Source: Hyphochytrium catenoides (Eukaryota > Protista > Hyphochytriomycota). From it: a DNA stretch of 64,000 nucleotides. Shown here piece after piece: positions 11,101-25,500 of the stretch (positions within the stretch are counted from its first letter, which is position 1; every line of letters starts with the position of its first letter). The translations under genes and the position numbers were made by a program. The notes beneath the pieces were generated by a model that saw only the letters and a list, made by a program, of their open reading frames with translations, ran no database searches and was not told the origin of the DNA. The stretch is from contig FLMG01001274.1 of the NCBI GenBank assembly GCA_900088475.1, positions 1 to 64,000 of the forward strand, read 5' to 3'.

Positions 11101-14100
11101 CGTACTCGCCTATGGGGGACCGGGTGACTTCTCATCGGATGGCTGGCTGTCTTCTTAGTCCTAGCCTGGGCCTTGCACGTTGCACCCCAGAATGCCGTTC
11201 TCCTTTTCTTCACTTTGCACGATAGCAACCCGGCGAGGTCCCTGTTTTCCAAAATGCCCTGAAGCTTTTGCCATCTCTTACCTTGTTTGTGGGTCTCTAT
11301 TACCTTGATGCTTCATTTTCGAGTGCTAGAGTGCTATCTTCCGTGGCAGGCATCGTTTCTCTCTTCACTGTTCATAATATCTCTTTGCGACCAAGGTTGC
11401 GAATGTCAAGGCCGTAGGTCATGTCAAGTGCATGTATCTCAGCAAGCAGGATTTTCAAAAAGCGCTTAGCACTGAGAAGTTCCAGAAGTATATTGAGAAG
11501 TTCTCAGAACAAAGAAAGAAGACCCGTGCCTTGCGGTCTTTGAAGAACAATGAACAGAAGACTGAGGCTCACGCTACATTGTAAGATTAGCGGGAATCAG
11601 GGAGGCCACCGTCCCTCGTATCGCTGCGACTCTCATTTCACTCCTTGATTGTCTGTCCCTGCGGCGACTCTCCTTTCACTCCTTGATGGTCGGTTCCCTT
11701 AATCCTTAGCCGTTCCTCTATCTCAAACGAGACCGCCAGGGCGATAAGGCTCATTGTCTCCCGATAAGCTATAGCTCCTGGCAAAATAGTCATCCCTCTC
11801 TCTTCAGACTTGTACAGCGAGCTAATTGGTTCTCTGCTGATCTCCGTCAATCTTGCACCTGTTCCTTTCATTGACCTTCCTAACAAACGTCGGTTGGCTT
11901 CACTTACAGGTCGCGAGACAGCTCCTCGGAGCCAAGGACTTCTAGCTCCTTTGCTAGGTGGGGGTAATTCTTGATACTTTGTGTATCTGTTGTCACTGGT
12001 GCACACCTGGGTGTGAACTTGCTCGTCTAGTGCCATGGCTTGCCGTATTATGACTGTTCATATCTAGTACATTTGGTCCTAGTGTCTACTCTCCTCTGGC
12101 TGAGTTCCAACGGTTGGAGCGTCCGAGCCAACCATTGGTTCACTCTTGATAAACTTTCTCTTCTTCAGCTCAACGATTGCTTATTCATTTTAGGGATCTC
12201 AGTTCCCCTAACCTTCATCCACCTCTGCCTGCACTGTCTGCTCCTGCACTACCCTCTACTTCTTAGCCTAAAGGAGACCAACAAGCTCGTGAAGTTGCGC
12301 CTAGCGAATGGTAACAAGGTAGTAAACAAATACGTAATCAAGAGAGACCTGGGGAAAGGCACCTTTGGTCGAGTAGTGCTAGGCCAAAGCGAAGATAACG
12401 GGAAGCTGTACGCCATAAAAATTCTCAGCAAGAGCTTCTCACAGCATTTACTAGGGAAGAATAGGCCTTTAGAGGTAAGTTAGAGCTGGACCCTTCGCCT
12501 CCACTTTTTCTTTCTGCTGCACCGCTTCCTCCTCCGCTCCCGTTGCTCCTTGCTCAATTTCTTTCCCGGTAGTCCCGAGACTCGTCAATAAAAGACTATA
12601 TGATTGGATAGGGTGAGATGCACAGGGAGATCGCTATCATGAAGAAGCTGAACCATGAGAATATTGTCAGGTTGTATGAGGTCATAGATGACCCGTCCTC
12701 GCATAACATCTATCTTGTCATGGTACGAAATCCGTCCTAGCTTATCCTGGCTCTCTTCCCTTCTTCTCTCCCTCTCTTAATCTCAATATCTCGGTTCCTC
12801 TTGTCTTTCCTGGTTCTCTCATTTTTCTTGGTCTTCCTTGCTTCCTCGTTTACTCAGCTGGGTGAATCGTACTTTGCTTCGTCTTCTTCACTTGTTGATT
12901 GGAACTCCCAAACCTGGCATGACTTCTGCTCCCTGTCAACCTCTAGGAATATTGCGAAAAGGGACCGTTGATGGGAGGAAAGGCATGCATCGACCCCTAT
13001 CCAGAGGAGATTGCCCGCAAGTATTTCGTCCAGCTAATTCATGGCATTAGGTATTTACACTTCCAGGTGCGTGCGAAAAAGAGAAAGAAATAGAGATTCG
13101 AAGGTGATGCCAAATGGTAGCGTCTAGGAGCAGTAGCTTATAGTAGCGGACAAAGTGGGAGCTGAGGAACGAGTCAAAGGACTATGAGCCCAATAACCCA
13201 AACGAAAAGATGGGAGAGAGAGAGAAGGGGAGAGACAGATGGAGAGTCGCCCTCTTAATGTCTCGCTTCCTCCCTCCTTCTGGCGTCTCCTTGTGACTTG
13301 CAGCAAATTGTCCATCGTGATCTGAAGCCAGAGAACATCTTGTTGTCTGCAGATGACAAGGTGAAGATCAGTGACTTTGGGACTGCCAGAGCTGTCATCA
13401 ATGAGGAGTTCCTTACCGAGGTGAGGGGCGACTGCGCTATTTAGCCTTGGGCGTTGTCCTGGGACACGAAGCAGTTTGATGGCTATCACTGAACTTGTCA
13501 CTCCTCTAACTAGTCTGCGCTGCGCCGATACGTCTCTTTTATCTGTAAGGTTAAAGGTACACCAGCGTTTATGGCTCCAGAGCTTTTAGATGTGAATGCG
13601 CGCTATGCCGGGCCTGCAGTAGACGTTTGGTCTCTTGGAGCCACCTTGTATATGATGGTACGTGCTCCAACCTTCGCCGTGCAGCAGGAGAGCCTCAGCA
13701 ATACAGCTGCCTTAAGGGACTCTCCTTCTTATTCCTCTTGGGAGTAGAGCAGAAAGCCTTTGACAGTCTATCGATCATGGCGTATCTTGTTCCTTGACCA
13801 TTTCACTTCAAGGTTATCGGCCGTCCTCCTTGGCTAGCAGACAACGAGATCGTTTTGGCTGACCGTGTGCAGCATGACGAGTTGACCTTCCCAGAGGAGC
13901 CGCAGCTAGATCCGCACCTACGGAACTTGCTGCAGAGAATGCTAACTAAAGACCCGGCAAGGCGGATCACGCTCAACGAGGTTAGATACCGTCAAGGCTT
14001 CCTGTTCCCACTGTCTATCGTTCTCAATTCCCTGTCTTATCTCCTTCTCAAACCTAGCACTTCTGCTGTCTTTTCAAGGGAGGGGCACAGCTTTTTGAGC

Positions 14101-17100
14101 GAATAAGTCTGCTGATGGTTCCCACTTTCTCTCTTTTCCTCCCTTTCTCTTATGCTCCTGTTTTCTGGACTTAGGTTGCACAGCATGAGTGGGTCACTTG
14201 TGAAGGCACAGACGCCTTAGTGTTCGACGAGTATGGCGCAGCTGATGAGCTGACAGTCAGCAGAGAGGAGAGCGCAGATGCCATCAGCGAGCTGCCTCAG
14301 AGAGTGAACGTCCAGCACCTGGGCGACTCCCTTGCGCATGCACACTCTCTCTTGGCGGACGCGCAAGCGGGTCCAGCGCCGTCGGGCAAGCTATCTGTGG
14401 TCCTCGAGGTACGACAACACAGAGGGTATGCAGACGTGAAACAAAGAAAGACTGAATGGAGAGACGAGCTTGGGTAGGAGCAATGCAAGGACACGTGATT
14501 GGCTTGACAGAGAGCTAGCTGGTGGTATCCTCAAGTTATTGGAGTGGATGCTTTATCCGATGTCTCTTGCTGCCATATCCCTTCGCTGATACTGCAGGGC
14601 AACAAAGCTATCCTACAGCCTCGCCCTTCCGGAACTCCGACATCCTTGGGCTCTACTGGCAGTATGACTGACCCTTCCTATGAGACTCGGAGAGTCATTG
14701 GTAGGCACCGACTTGTCTAATTAGCGTGGCGCATTCATATCGTGGCTGTACTTGCTTTCTCTCCTTTCATTATTGTGCAAAAGCTCATAATGCTCTTTCA
14801 AGATCTTTCAAAGGTCTAGCGCTCTATTGGGCTTTGCAATCCCAAGGAATCCTACTTGCCACTTTGAGTCAACGTGCCGGCCACCTTTTTCCTTCGTCTG
14901 ACTATCGCGCTTCATTTCGTTCGTAGGTGGTTGGAGGAAGCAAAAGGTCCTGGAATATCTAGCGGGACATGAAGGTCTAAGCGAGAAGGCGCGAGAAGTG
15001 CTAATGGACCAGAATAACACACGTAGGAGAAAGTACCGATCTTGCTATTTGTGATCCCGCTAAGATCGTTTTCTTGGTCCTTGGATGGTTGTTAGCTGGC
15101 TAATAGCCCGTCATTCGTCGTCCTTGATGATGTGCCATCGCTAACCGTGCTACTTCTGGCCCACCGCTCTTTTGTCTCCTTCGTAGGCAAGATTGTTTTT
15201 GCTCCTAACCAAACCGAGGTTAGCGAGATTGTCCTGGCACAACCCTCGTCTCCCGCTAGAAAAAGTGGGCGCTCCTCTCCCACAGGCACGGCGAAAAGTC
15301 TGGAGACAAGAACTTTATCCAGAAAGAAGGTAAAAGAAGTTGAAGAAAGCTTTGGACCCGGGTCCTGGAGGTTGGGAAGAGAGGGGTCGCCTCCGTGCTC
15401 ATCGTTGTAATTGGATTGGCACCACTGACACGAACTGACTGCATAGGACTTTCTGATGATGACGGCGGAGGTAATGAAAGGCAGCAGCGGGGAGATTCAG
15501 GCACGGAAGGTTCTTTTCCAGCCGAAAGAGAACTTTTCGCACGCGTCGGCAGCTTCAGGGCTCACAGACGGAGGAAGGCTTTCATCAAAGGTGTGACGGG
15601 GCAAAACGACTCAATGAATAACAGGGAGGGACAAGCTATTGCTCTTATTGCTGCCCGCACTATCTTCGTTATTCCTTCACATTGCCGTGATTGCCATGCC
15701 GTTTCACCCTTCGGCTTTTCTTCTTCGTTGTCTTTCCCACACCGCGTTGTCACTTGTTAAAAGGCGGGCTGTTCCTTCTTGAGCTTTCTAAGTGTAAAAG
15801 AGCGCCCATCCCACCCTGTACACAATCCTCTTCTTCTCTTATGCCTTCCAGCATTCTGCACCTCATTGTCCTATTATCTTCAGGAGCTCCGACGGAGGAC
15901 TGGCAGTGGCTCACAGAGCATGCGAAGATCTTCTCATCACGGCTCCTTTACCTCCTCCCCACAAAGAAAGGAGAGTGCTGACTCCTCCCAACAGAGCAGC
16001 TCCCCTATCCCGCTTTCCGCGGCCTCTAATTCCTCCTTCTCATCCTCCCAAGCTCATATGAAGCCCTGGCAAGAGAACGGCGACATCTTTGATGATGAAG
16101 CCATGGGGGCCGTCGTGGTAGAAGAGGAAGAAGAGGGAGAAGGAGAAGTGAGCGAAAGCGACAGTGACCTAGGCAGTGATCTTGACGAAGTGGCCGAGGA
16201 CGTGGATATCGAAGACACATTCAATGAGCTCATTCATACGCCACGGTGGGTAAAAAGACTCTCTTCTCTTGTGCCTTTATTCTCCTTCTTCCACTTCCTT
16301 TAACATAACGTTTCGCCTTTTTTCTCTCTCTTTGTGTGCCCTTTTCTCTCTCTTTTTGTGGCTCTCTCTGTCTCCGTCTGTCTTCTTGATTGAGTCCCAC
16401 TTGTCCTTACCTTTTGCCGCGTATTTGGCATTTTCGCGTATCAGAGAGCTGGACGATGAACAAGACGATGAAGAGCTCCAACCTTTAAAAAGCAGCAGCA
16501 GTTGTCTTCAAGTCACTGCAGGAAAAGAGAAGTACAACTCTATCCTCGGGTTGAGAGTATGTTCTGTCGGAGAAAAGGGAGTTAGAGAGACGATGGAGGA
16601 CTGCCACACTGTCATTCCCAGCTTGACAGATGTACGTGTCGCCGCTTACTCTTATATTCTCTCTCACCTATCGGACACAGCTTTATCAATCTTGTTGTCC
16701 GCAGCTTCTAGCTCTCACACAGTTGGTCGTTGGCTGGCTGTGTCCCCTGTTCCTCTCGGCTTCTGTTGGTAGTCTCTCATTGCCATCTCTAAGTCTTGAC
16801 CTTCTTGACCCTCTAGACACCACTCGAGTGCCCCGGAGACGCGAAGGCATCCTTCACTCTTCCTTCTTCTACCTATGGATCTCTCGGCTATTTCGCAGTC
16901 TATGATGGACACAATGGATCTTCAATCAGCGCTTTCTTGAGAGAAAACCTCCATTTATATATCGCCCACGCCATCCTGAGGCACAAAGAGAAAGGAGGAG
17001 ACCTTAACAATATTGAAGATCCTATCAAAGTGGGGTGTGCTAATGCTGAGAGCAAGGTAAGGCCCGCAGCAGCGTAAGAAATGTCTTGGTCTCTCTTTTG

Positions 17101-18587
17101 GACGTCCCTACCTCCGCCAGCTCCCTGGTCCCAATACCTCTTGTCTCCCGCCTTCAGTTCCATACGTGTCCCTCGCCCTTCCTACCAATAGCTTCCCCTT
17201 ATCAGCCCAAGATCCTTCACTGTTAACGGTCATCTCTCTGCCAAGGTGCCATTGCTCTCATATGCTGAAATGACTTCTTTGGTACAGTGTCTGCTGTTTC
17301 GCCTGTATCCTGGCCGCTCACGCCTCAATTCTCGGTTCTCTCTTCACGCCTCCTTTCCCTGCTGCTGACGCAGATTCTAGAGTTTGAGCACGTTCGGCAG
17401 TTAGAGTACTCTCGCTCAGCGGCGCGCCGAGGCCTTTCTTCTCCTGTCCATTTTGCAGGGTCCACCGCAGCTGTCCTCGTCCTGCACAGACCCCCGGGAG
17501 AGAGTAAGTGTTACTCTAGATAGAGAGAAGGCCAAAGGAAGGAAGGAGGCGGGACTCTCTCCCTCTCTCATGGTTCAACGTTCGCTTACTACTTGCTCTC
17601 GTCTTTAGAGGAAATCCGGGCCTATGGAGTCAATGTAGGGGACAGCCGCCTGGTCCTTTCGAGAGGAGGAAAGGCACTATCTTTATCTGACGACCACAAG
17701 CCTACCAATGTAAAAACTGTCTTACTCTATTAGCATTTGTCCGTCTCCTTCTCCCTTTCAGCTCAATTTTGGATGCTTTATCCCTCGTACTGACCAGTTT
17801 CCATTACTTTCTTTTCGTCGAGTCTTCCAACATAGACTCTCTCTGCAGAGTAACATCTAACTCTAAAGCACACGATCTGGCTCTCTGCTTCTCACGTTCT
17901 ATACGTTCACAGCCATCCGAAAGGAAACGGATTGAAAGCTGTGGCGGCTGGGTTCATAACGGCCGGCTAAACGGCGTGCTGGCCGTGTCTAGGGCCTTCG
18001 GAGATGTAATGCACAAGGAGGAGAATAACCCTCTCATAGCTATACCGGTGAGTCCATAAGAATCTTGCTAGCCCCACGCCTGAGTGAGGCTTCGGAGATT
18101 GAAAGAAAGCATGCTGATGAAAGTATAGTGAGACGAGAATAAAGAACAGGCGTGTTCTTTTCATAGCAAAGGAACTGACCTTTCTTGCTGCAGGAGATCC
18201 ACATTGAGACCCTAGGTCCTGAGGACGACATGGTCATTTTGGCCAGCGACGGCGTTTGGGACGTCCTTTCCTCTCAGCAGGTAAACCGCCAACTGTCTTG
18301 ACCTCTGTCGCTTGATGCAGGTTCCTTCTCATTCCTTTAGGTCCCGTGTTTATGCCGACCAGTTGACTGATGAGACTTTTTGGCTAACTTTGGCTGATCT
18401 CCTTGTCGCTACCTTCCTCTTCGCTTTCTTTTAGAGTGTGAACTATGTCCGCAGACGTCTAGCAGAGCACAGGGACCTGCAGGTGGCAGTCTCGGAGTTA
18501 GCAGCAAAGGCTGTCAAAATATTTAGCCATGACAATGTCTCAGCGATCGTCGTCGCTCTTCAGCAAACAGAAGACGCTGCTCCATAG
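7665..18587 (+). CDS. Multi-exon (about 29 exons) fusion: 2x cNMP-binding domains, CaMKK-family Ser/Thr kinase, PP2C phosphatase; predicted N-myristoylated
   Basis: The start is MGQGLSK. CNB-A has [17 protein letters not shown] and [12 protein letters not shown]|TATV; CNB-B has ICRQ|[13 protein letters not shown] and [12 protein letters not shown]|VANV. The kinase has [47 protein letters not shown] and GTPAFMAPE. The PP2C has [43 protein letters not shown] and HDNVSAIVV, then a stop at 18585-18587. Linker exons at about 14.4-16.5 kb are less certain. Confidence 0.85.
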
Positions 18588-19049
18588 TCAACCGTGAAGA
18601 TATAGCTCTTTCTGCTTGGTTAGAGTCTCTGCACGGCATTATTATGGAATATCTCAGATGTCAAGTCTCACAGAGAAACGTGTGGGGCTATGGGCATAGT
18701 AACATCATCATAAGTATTGATTAGGAGACCTTGTCCTCGCTTGAATATAGGAGATTTAGGGAAAGAAGAAGACTAAGTGAGCTAGGCTCGCGACGCGAAC
18801 AGTAGAAGAACTCAGGAGAGGAATGATAGCAGGATAGAGATGTAGAGAGTACGGCAGGCAATCACTTCCACAGAGACTGCCTCTCAAGCACCAGCTTCGA
18901 ATATAACTCTCTATCCCCTTCCTACCACGAGCTAGGGAGTAACAAGTAGCGTACTCAGGAGACGAAGAGAAGAGGAGGATGTCAAGGCTCGCTTTGCCTT
19001 TCTGAATTGAAAGACCGAGGTACTACCTCCCTCTCTTTCATCCCGTTTT

Positions 19050-20846
<1,797 letters not shown>

Positions 20847-22573
20847 TCAACACAGACCCAAACCCAATCGTAGAGCCTGAACCTCTAGCTGCCTCTCCCT
20901 TTCAGCTGTAACTTTTCAGCTGTAACTCTTCACAAGGAGGCACAAGACCGCGAACGATGGGCATGCAAATCAAACAGATGAAGCCAGGCAAAAGCTCTAA
21001 AATGAAGCTCTATGAATCTCTGCAGAAGAAACCAGACGCGGCGCTCACCAGACAGATGGCGCGAAGTTCGCCTAGCAGGCGTAGTAAGACCTTTTAATGC
21101 TTCCCACACAGCCCCAACTTAAATAAAACAAAGGCTATTGCAAAGGGCCACCCATCCTTCGGTAATAGTGGTGGCTAACGGCTGGCGTTATTCAAATCTT
21201 CGAAGTCCGTTGCCACTGCAGATCTTCTCCAGGAGTAGAAGCTTTACATGGAAACAGGTGTCAGATGGTCATTCATATTCCTATCAAACATCCCAAAAGC
21301 CCTCTATATAACGAATACTAGTAGTCAGATCCCTAACGGGCACAGCATGGTGTCTGTTGATGTCGTTTGGAGGAGTTTCGCGCCTTCCTGACCGCAGCGC
21401 AGGCCCAAGCGCCCGATGATGAACAACCCAAGACGGAGATCTCAAGGTCAAAGGCCACAGGCAGAGCTTCAGGACGCAATAGAGCTTAGGACAGGAGGGT
21501 CAATGATTAGGAAAGGGCTACAAAGTTGCGGGAACGCAACGGAAAACAGTGGACAGTTAGCCATTGCGCCATCTCTCAGCTTAGAAGATGGATGGATCGG
21601 TGGATTACCGTGGTCCGTAAAGGAAAGCGGGAGAGGTGAACGCTAATGAGGGACCAGAAGCGCAGCTGGGGCTAAAAGTCTGGCCATAGAACTCTGCCAT
21701 CTGCCAGCAACAAGGTGACGATTGGGCTCGCCTTAACCTATATTCTTGAAGCGAGTACTTGTATCATAAAGACATAAACTGCCAACGTCTTGCTGATGCG
21801 GTCTGTTGCCGCCTTTATCCATGGCTTTAGGCTGTCGGTAATGGTGTAGGGAGGTTTTCCAAAGATCTAGGTTGCTTGCATTTAGGCTACGTCTGCATTT
21901 TTTACAGCCACGAGTCAATCAATTTGAGCCCGCTTACAGCCAACCAATAGGTCTCTTCAGAGTCAGTGGTGCGAAGTATAGACATTTGAAGGCTATTAGT
22001 GCCTCTCCTGCCCGTGCGTCTAGGAGCTGCCCACCCTGTAGGAAGCAGGTTACCATGCAATTGACAAGCTTTAGTTTACTTTCAGGACGTCGACAGACAC
22101 TGCGGAAGGGAGGTCTTGAACACCCGCTTATGCTAGGGTAGACAAGAATGGGAGGCTACACGCATCGCTTATTTCTCGTGGCAGTTAGATGTTCCATTGG
22201 CTGGACAGACCTAAGCAAGCATTCACGTAGCCTCCTTTACAGGCTAATCGACCGTCGCCTACATTTATCTTACAGGAACAAAGGAATGGTGGACGGACTT
22301 CTGTCGCCTCTCCCTTGCTAGACAAGCACACTAAGTCGTCACACGTTCACATAGATGAGAAGCTATACCTCCCACACAAGAGTACACGCCGCAAGCTGCT
22401 CCCTTGGAAGCCAAAATAAATACTCTTCTCTCTCCTTTCTCCTACTCTCGCCTTTGCATCGCCTGCTCATGGGCCTACCACCCTGCGACCAGCAAAACGG
22501 TAGCTGGCCACTTGTTCTAATGTACAAGACTTCCCTTTCATGACCCCAATCTCAATCTTCGCTCCCTCCGTTC

Positions 22574-25500
22574 TCAGCTGCTCAGAGCCAGGAGTGAAGG
22601 CACCTCGGACCTAAATACATCTACCGCTTCCGCCCCTTCGGGAGGTCTAAACAACTGACCCGACGGGGTCCAAGGCTGTCTGGGATGCACTAAGAGGTCA
22701 GGACGCCAACCATCTCCTCTGCCGTAGTGCATCCAAAGATTAGCGAACATATCGTCCAGGTCTGCCATATTTGGGGCGCCATGGCCTGAGTGCCGCACGA
22801 CAGGCTCCAGAACTGCTGAGAGACGCTGTTTACTGGCGGTAAGACCCTTCTTTAAAGTGAGAAGGCTCTTTGCTGTGACTGATCGTGCGCAATTATTCAG
22901 TGGATTGATCGGGTCCACCACATTGCAATGCCGGAGAGGGAAAAAGTTGATCATGTCCGTTGTACCAGGGGCCTTATAGTCTTCTTTCCTTCTCAGTGAT
23001 ACTCCTCCAGGTCCACTTGATGACCGATATCCGACTGACGTTGAGCCGCTCGGGTCTGAAGTTGCTGCAGGGCCTGCCTTTCGACTAGTGACAAGCTCAA
23101 TGCCCCTAAGAGAGCTCAGGAAATCCTCATCCAGCAGTGGACGTGTGGTGGGCTTCGCGTGATGCGGTCTCTGCATCGTACTAGCTCTAATTGGCCCGGT
23201 AAGTGTCACACACTCGGTCCTCCAGTCAAAGGTAGAATAGACATCGAGAAAGAGGGCAAAGGCGATTAGTGGATGGTGTATCTCCTCTCGATAGGTGTGA
23301 AAGAGAGCGAGCACCATAATATTCAACGCATAGGTTGACAGCCCTCCGGACTTTGCCCCCAAGATTGGTGCATCCGCATAGCCACTGGCCTTGCTTTCAT
23401 GCATGCACCAGCCTTTTATGAGCAGAAGAGAGCGCTTGAGGAGGTGCAGTCTCCCTATTCTCCTGTCCGCCTCTTCTACAAGGGCAAGAGCGGCAACCGC
23501 GCCTACTTGATTGCACGTGATGTCTACCGAGATATTGTTGATAGTACATTGTACCAGCTTCACCTCCGCATTAATAAACGCCACATTCCGGACGCAGCAA
23601 GCCTCAGGAGTGGAAGGAGGGAACGTGGTGAGAGACAGAGGTGGCCCGGCAACTCCTCCTCTCTTCATTGGCCCACGTGTAGGTTGGCCATTGATTAAAG
23701 TGGTCGAAGTAGTACCGACAGTAGAACCCTCTTGTGCAATCTGATCTTGCAGAGCAGACACGCAAAGCGCTTCGTTAATCTTGATGTACCAAGGTCGGCT
23801 AACAGCAGCTGAAGAAGTGAGAGAAGGAGGAGAAAGAGGGGCTGCTGAGCCGTCTCTACCGCTCAAGAGAATGCATAGATCAATATCTCCATCAGGGAGA
23901 TAGGTTCTCAGAGGATATGAGCCGATCCCAACCACCTGCGCCTCAGAACCGAGAGCTTGCCTCACTATACTCTTGACAAAGCTAGAGACAGTGTCTCTGT
24001 GCTTCAAACTCTCAGCTGTCGGCCCAACCCATTGCAATAACTGGTCCACCCTCTGGAAAAGAGGGATATATAATGGCAGAGATGTTGACGACAGAGAAGA
24101 ATTTTGCAAGAAGCTTCGGACTATGGAGCTAGCCACCACGTCCTTGTCCTGGGATGTGAGCGCAAAGCTCTGCATTCTCGCGAGGTGCAGCTGGTGTTGA
24201 AGAAAGGCTATCTCAGCATTTTTCTCTTCAATCATCAGCTCTCGAGAAAGACGTAGAGCATTCACCTCCTTCTCAAGCTTTTGCAATATCCTAGGGTCCA
24301 CCTGCCCAACTACCGCTCCTCCATTTTGCTTTCCCTTCTCTGGTCCAGCGACTTCTATGTCCTCAAAGGAAGAAGAGCCGTCGCCATGCATGGCACTGCG
24401 TTCTTTGGCCAGAGAAGGACCAGAAGGGGATAGACGCCCTCGGGTTTTCCCATTTCTTATTGCAGAGCCGTTGAGTTCCAATGACGCGGCAGATGAGGAA
24501 ATGCATGGCTCTTCCCCTTTCTCTCCGGAACTCTCTAATTGGAAAGTTGATGAAGAGAGAGAAGAAAGTACTTCTTGAGCTCTGGCACATTCTTCCTCTA
24601 ATGACTGGAGCATATCCTTCCTAGCAGCCCTCTGTAAGGTTTCCTCAATGAGAGAATGGTCTCTCTCCTCGCAAGCTTTGATTAGGTTGTTTCTAAGGTT
24701 GCGGAGTTGCCGTTGTCTTCTCTTTTCCCTGTTCAACTGATACTGCTCGTCTTTGTCATCCAGACCACGAGACGGAGAAGGAGAAGATCCAAATGGGGCT
24801 TGCGGGTGGCCTTCGCTTGTCTTCCTCCATCCTTTCTCTTCGATTTTGGCCACTTCGGCGCTTGTCTTGTCTGACCTTTCCTCTGTTAGTGTCGTTTGTC
24901 CTAGTTCACTGTTTGGGTGTGCGGCAACCGCATAGTTTGTCTCTCCTGCGCGTGCATCCTCCTCCTCCTTAACGTCCTCTAGCCCTAGCTCTACGTACAA
25001 ACCTTTCTGCCCCTGTCCGTCTTCTGGTCCTTCCTCTCTCTTGGTAACCTCTTCTTCCAGGCTGCTCATTTCCTTCTCACCTGCTGGAATAATATTGAGG
25101 CAAACGCTCATCCCACCTAGCATCACGATGTGAGAACCATGATTCTCAGCAGGACCCTCGTTGCCGTTCTCTAAGCGCCCTCCTTCCCGTTCCTTGTCAC
25201 CTTCACCAGAACCCTGTTCTGATGCAGAGTCGGAATCCTCGCCAGGACCCAAAGACGCATCAGCAGACCCTCTTTCTCGTTCTCGCCCAATATCCGGCTT
25301 GACTAAAGCCGATTGCTGCTGTTTCTGCTGCTTTTTCTTCTTCTTCTTGTTCTTTTTTCCCCGCGAGCTAAGCGATGAGGATGCCGCACTCTGACTAGCA
25401 TTCGACTGCTTTTCTATAGCCTCCTGTTCAATAAGCCACTGACAAGCTTGGGCTGCCAACGCCTCTCGGCACTCATTTAGTGCCTTCTGGACCAGGTCTT

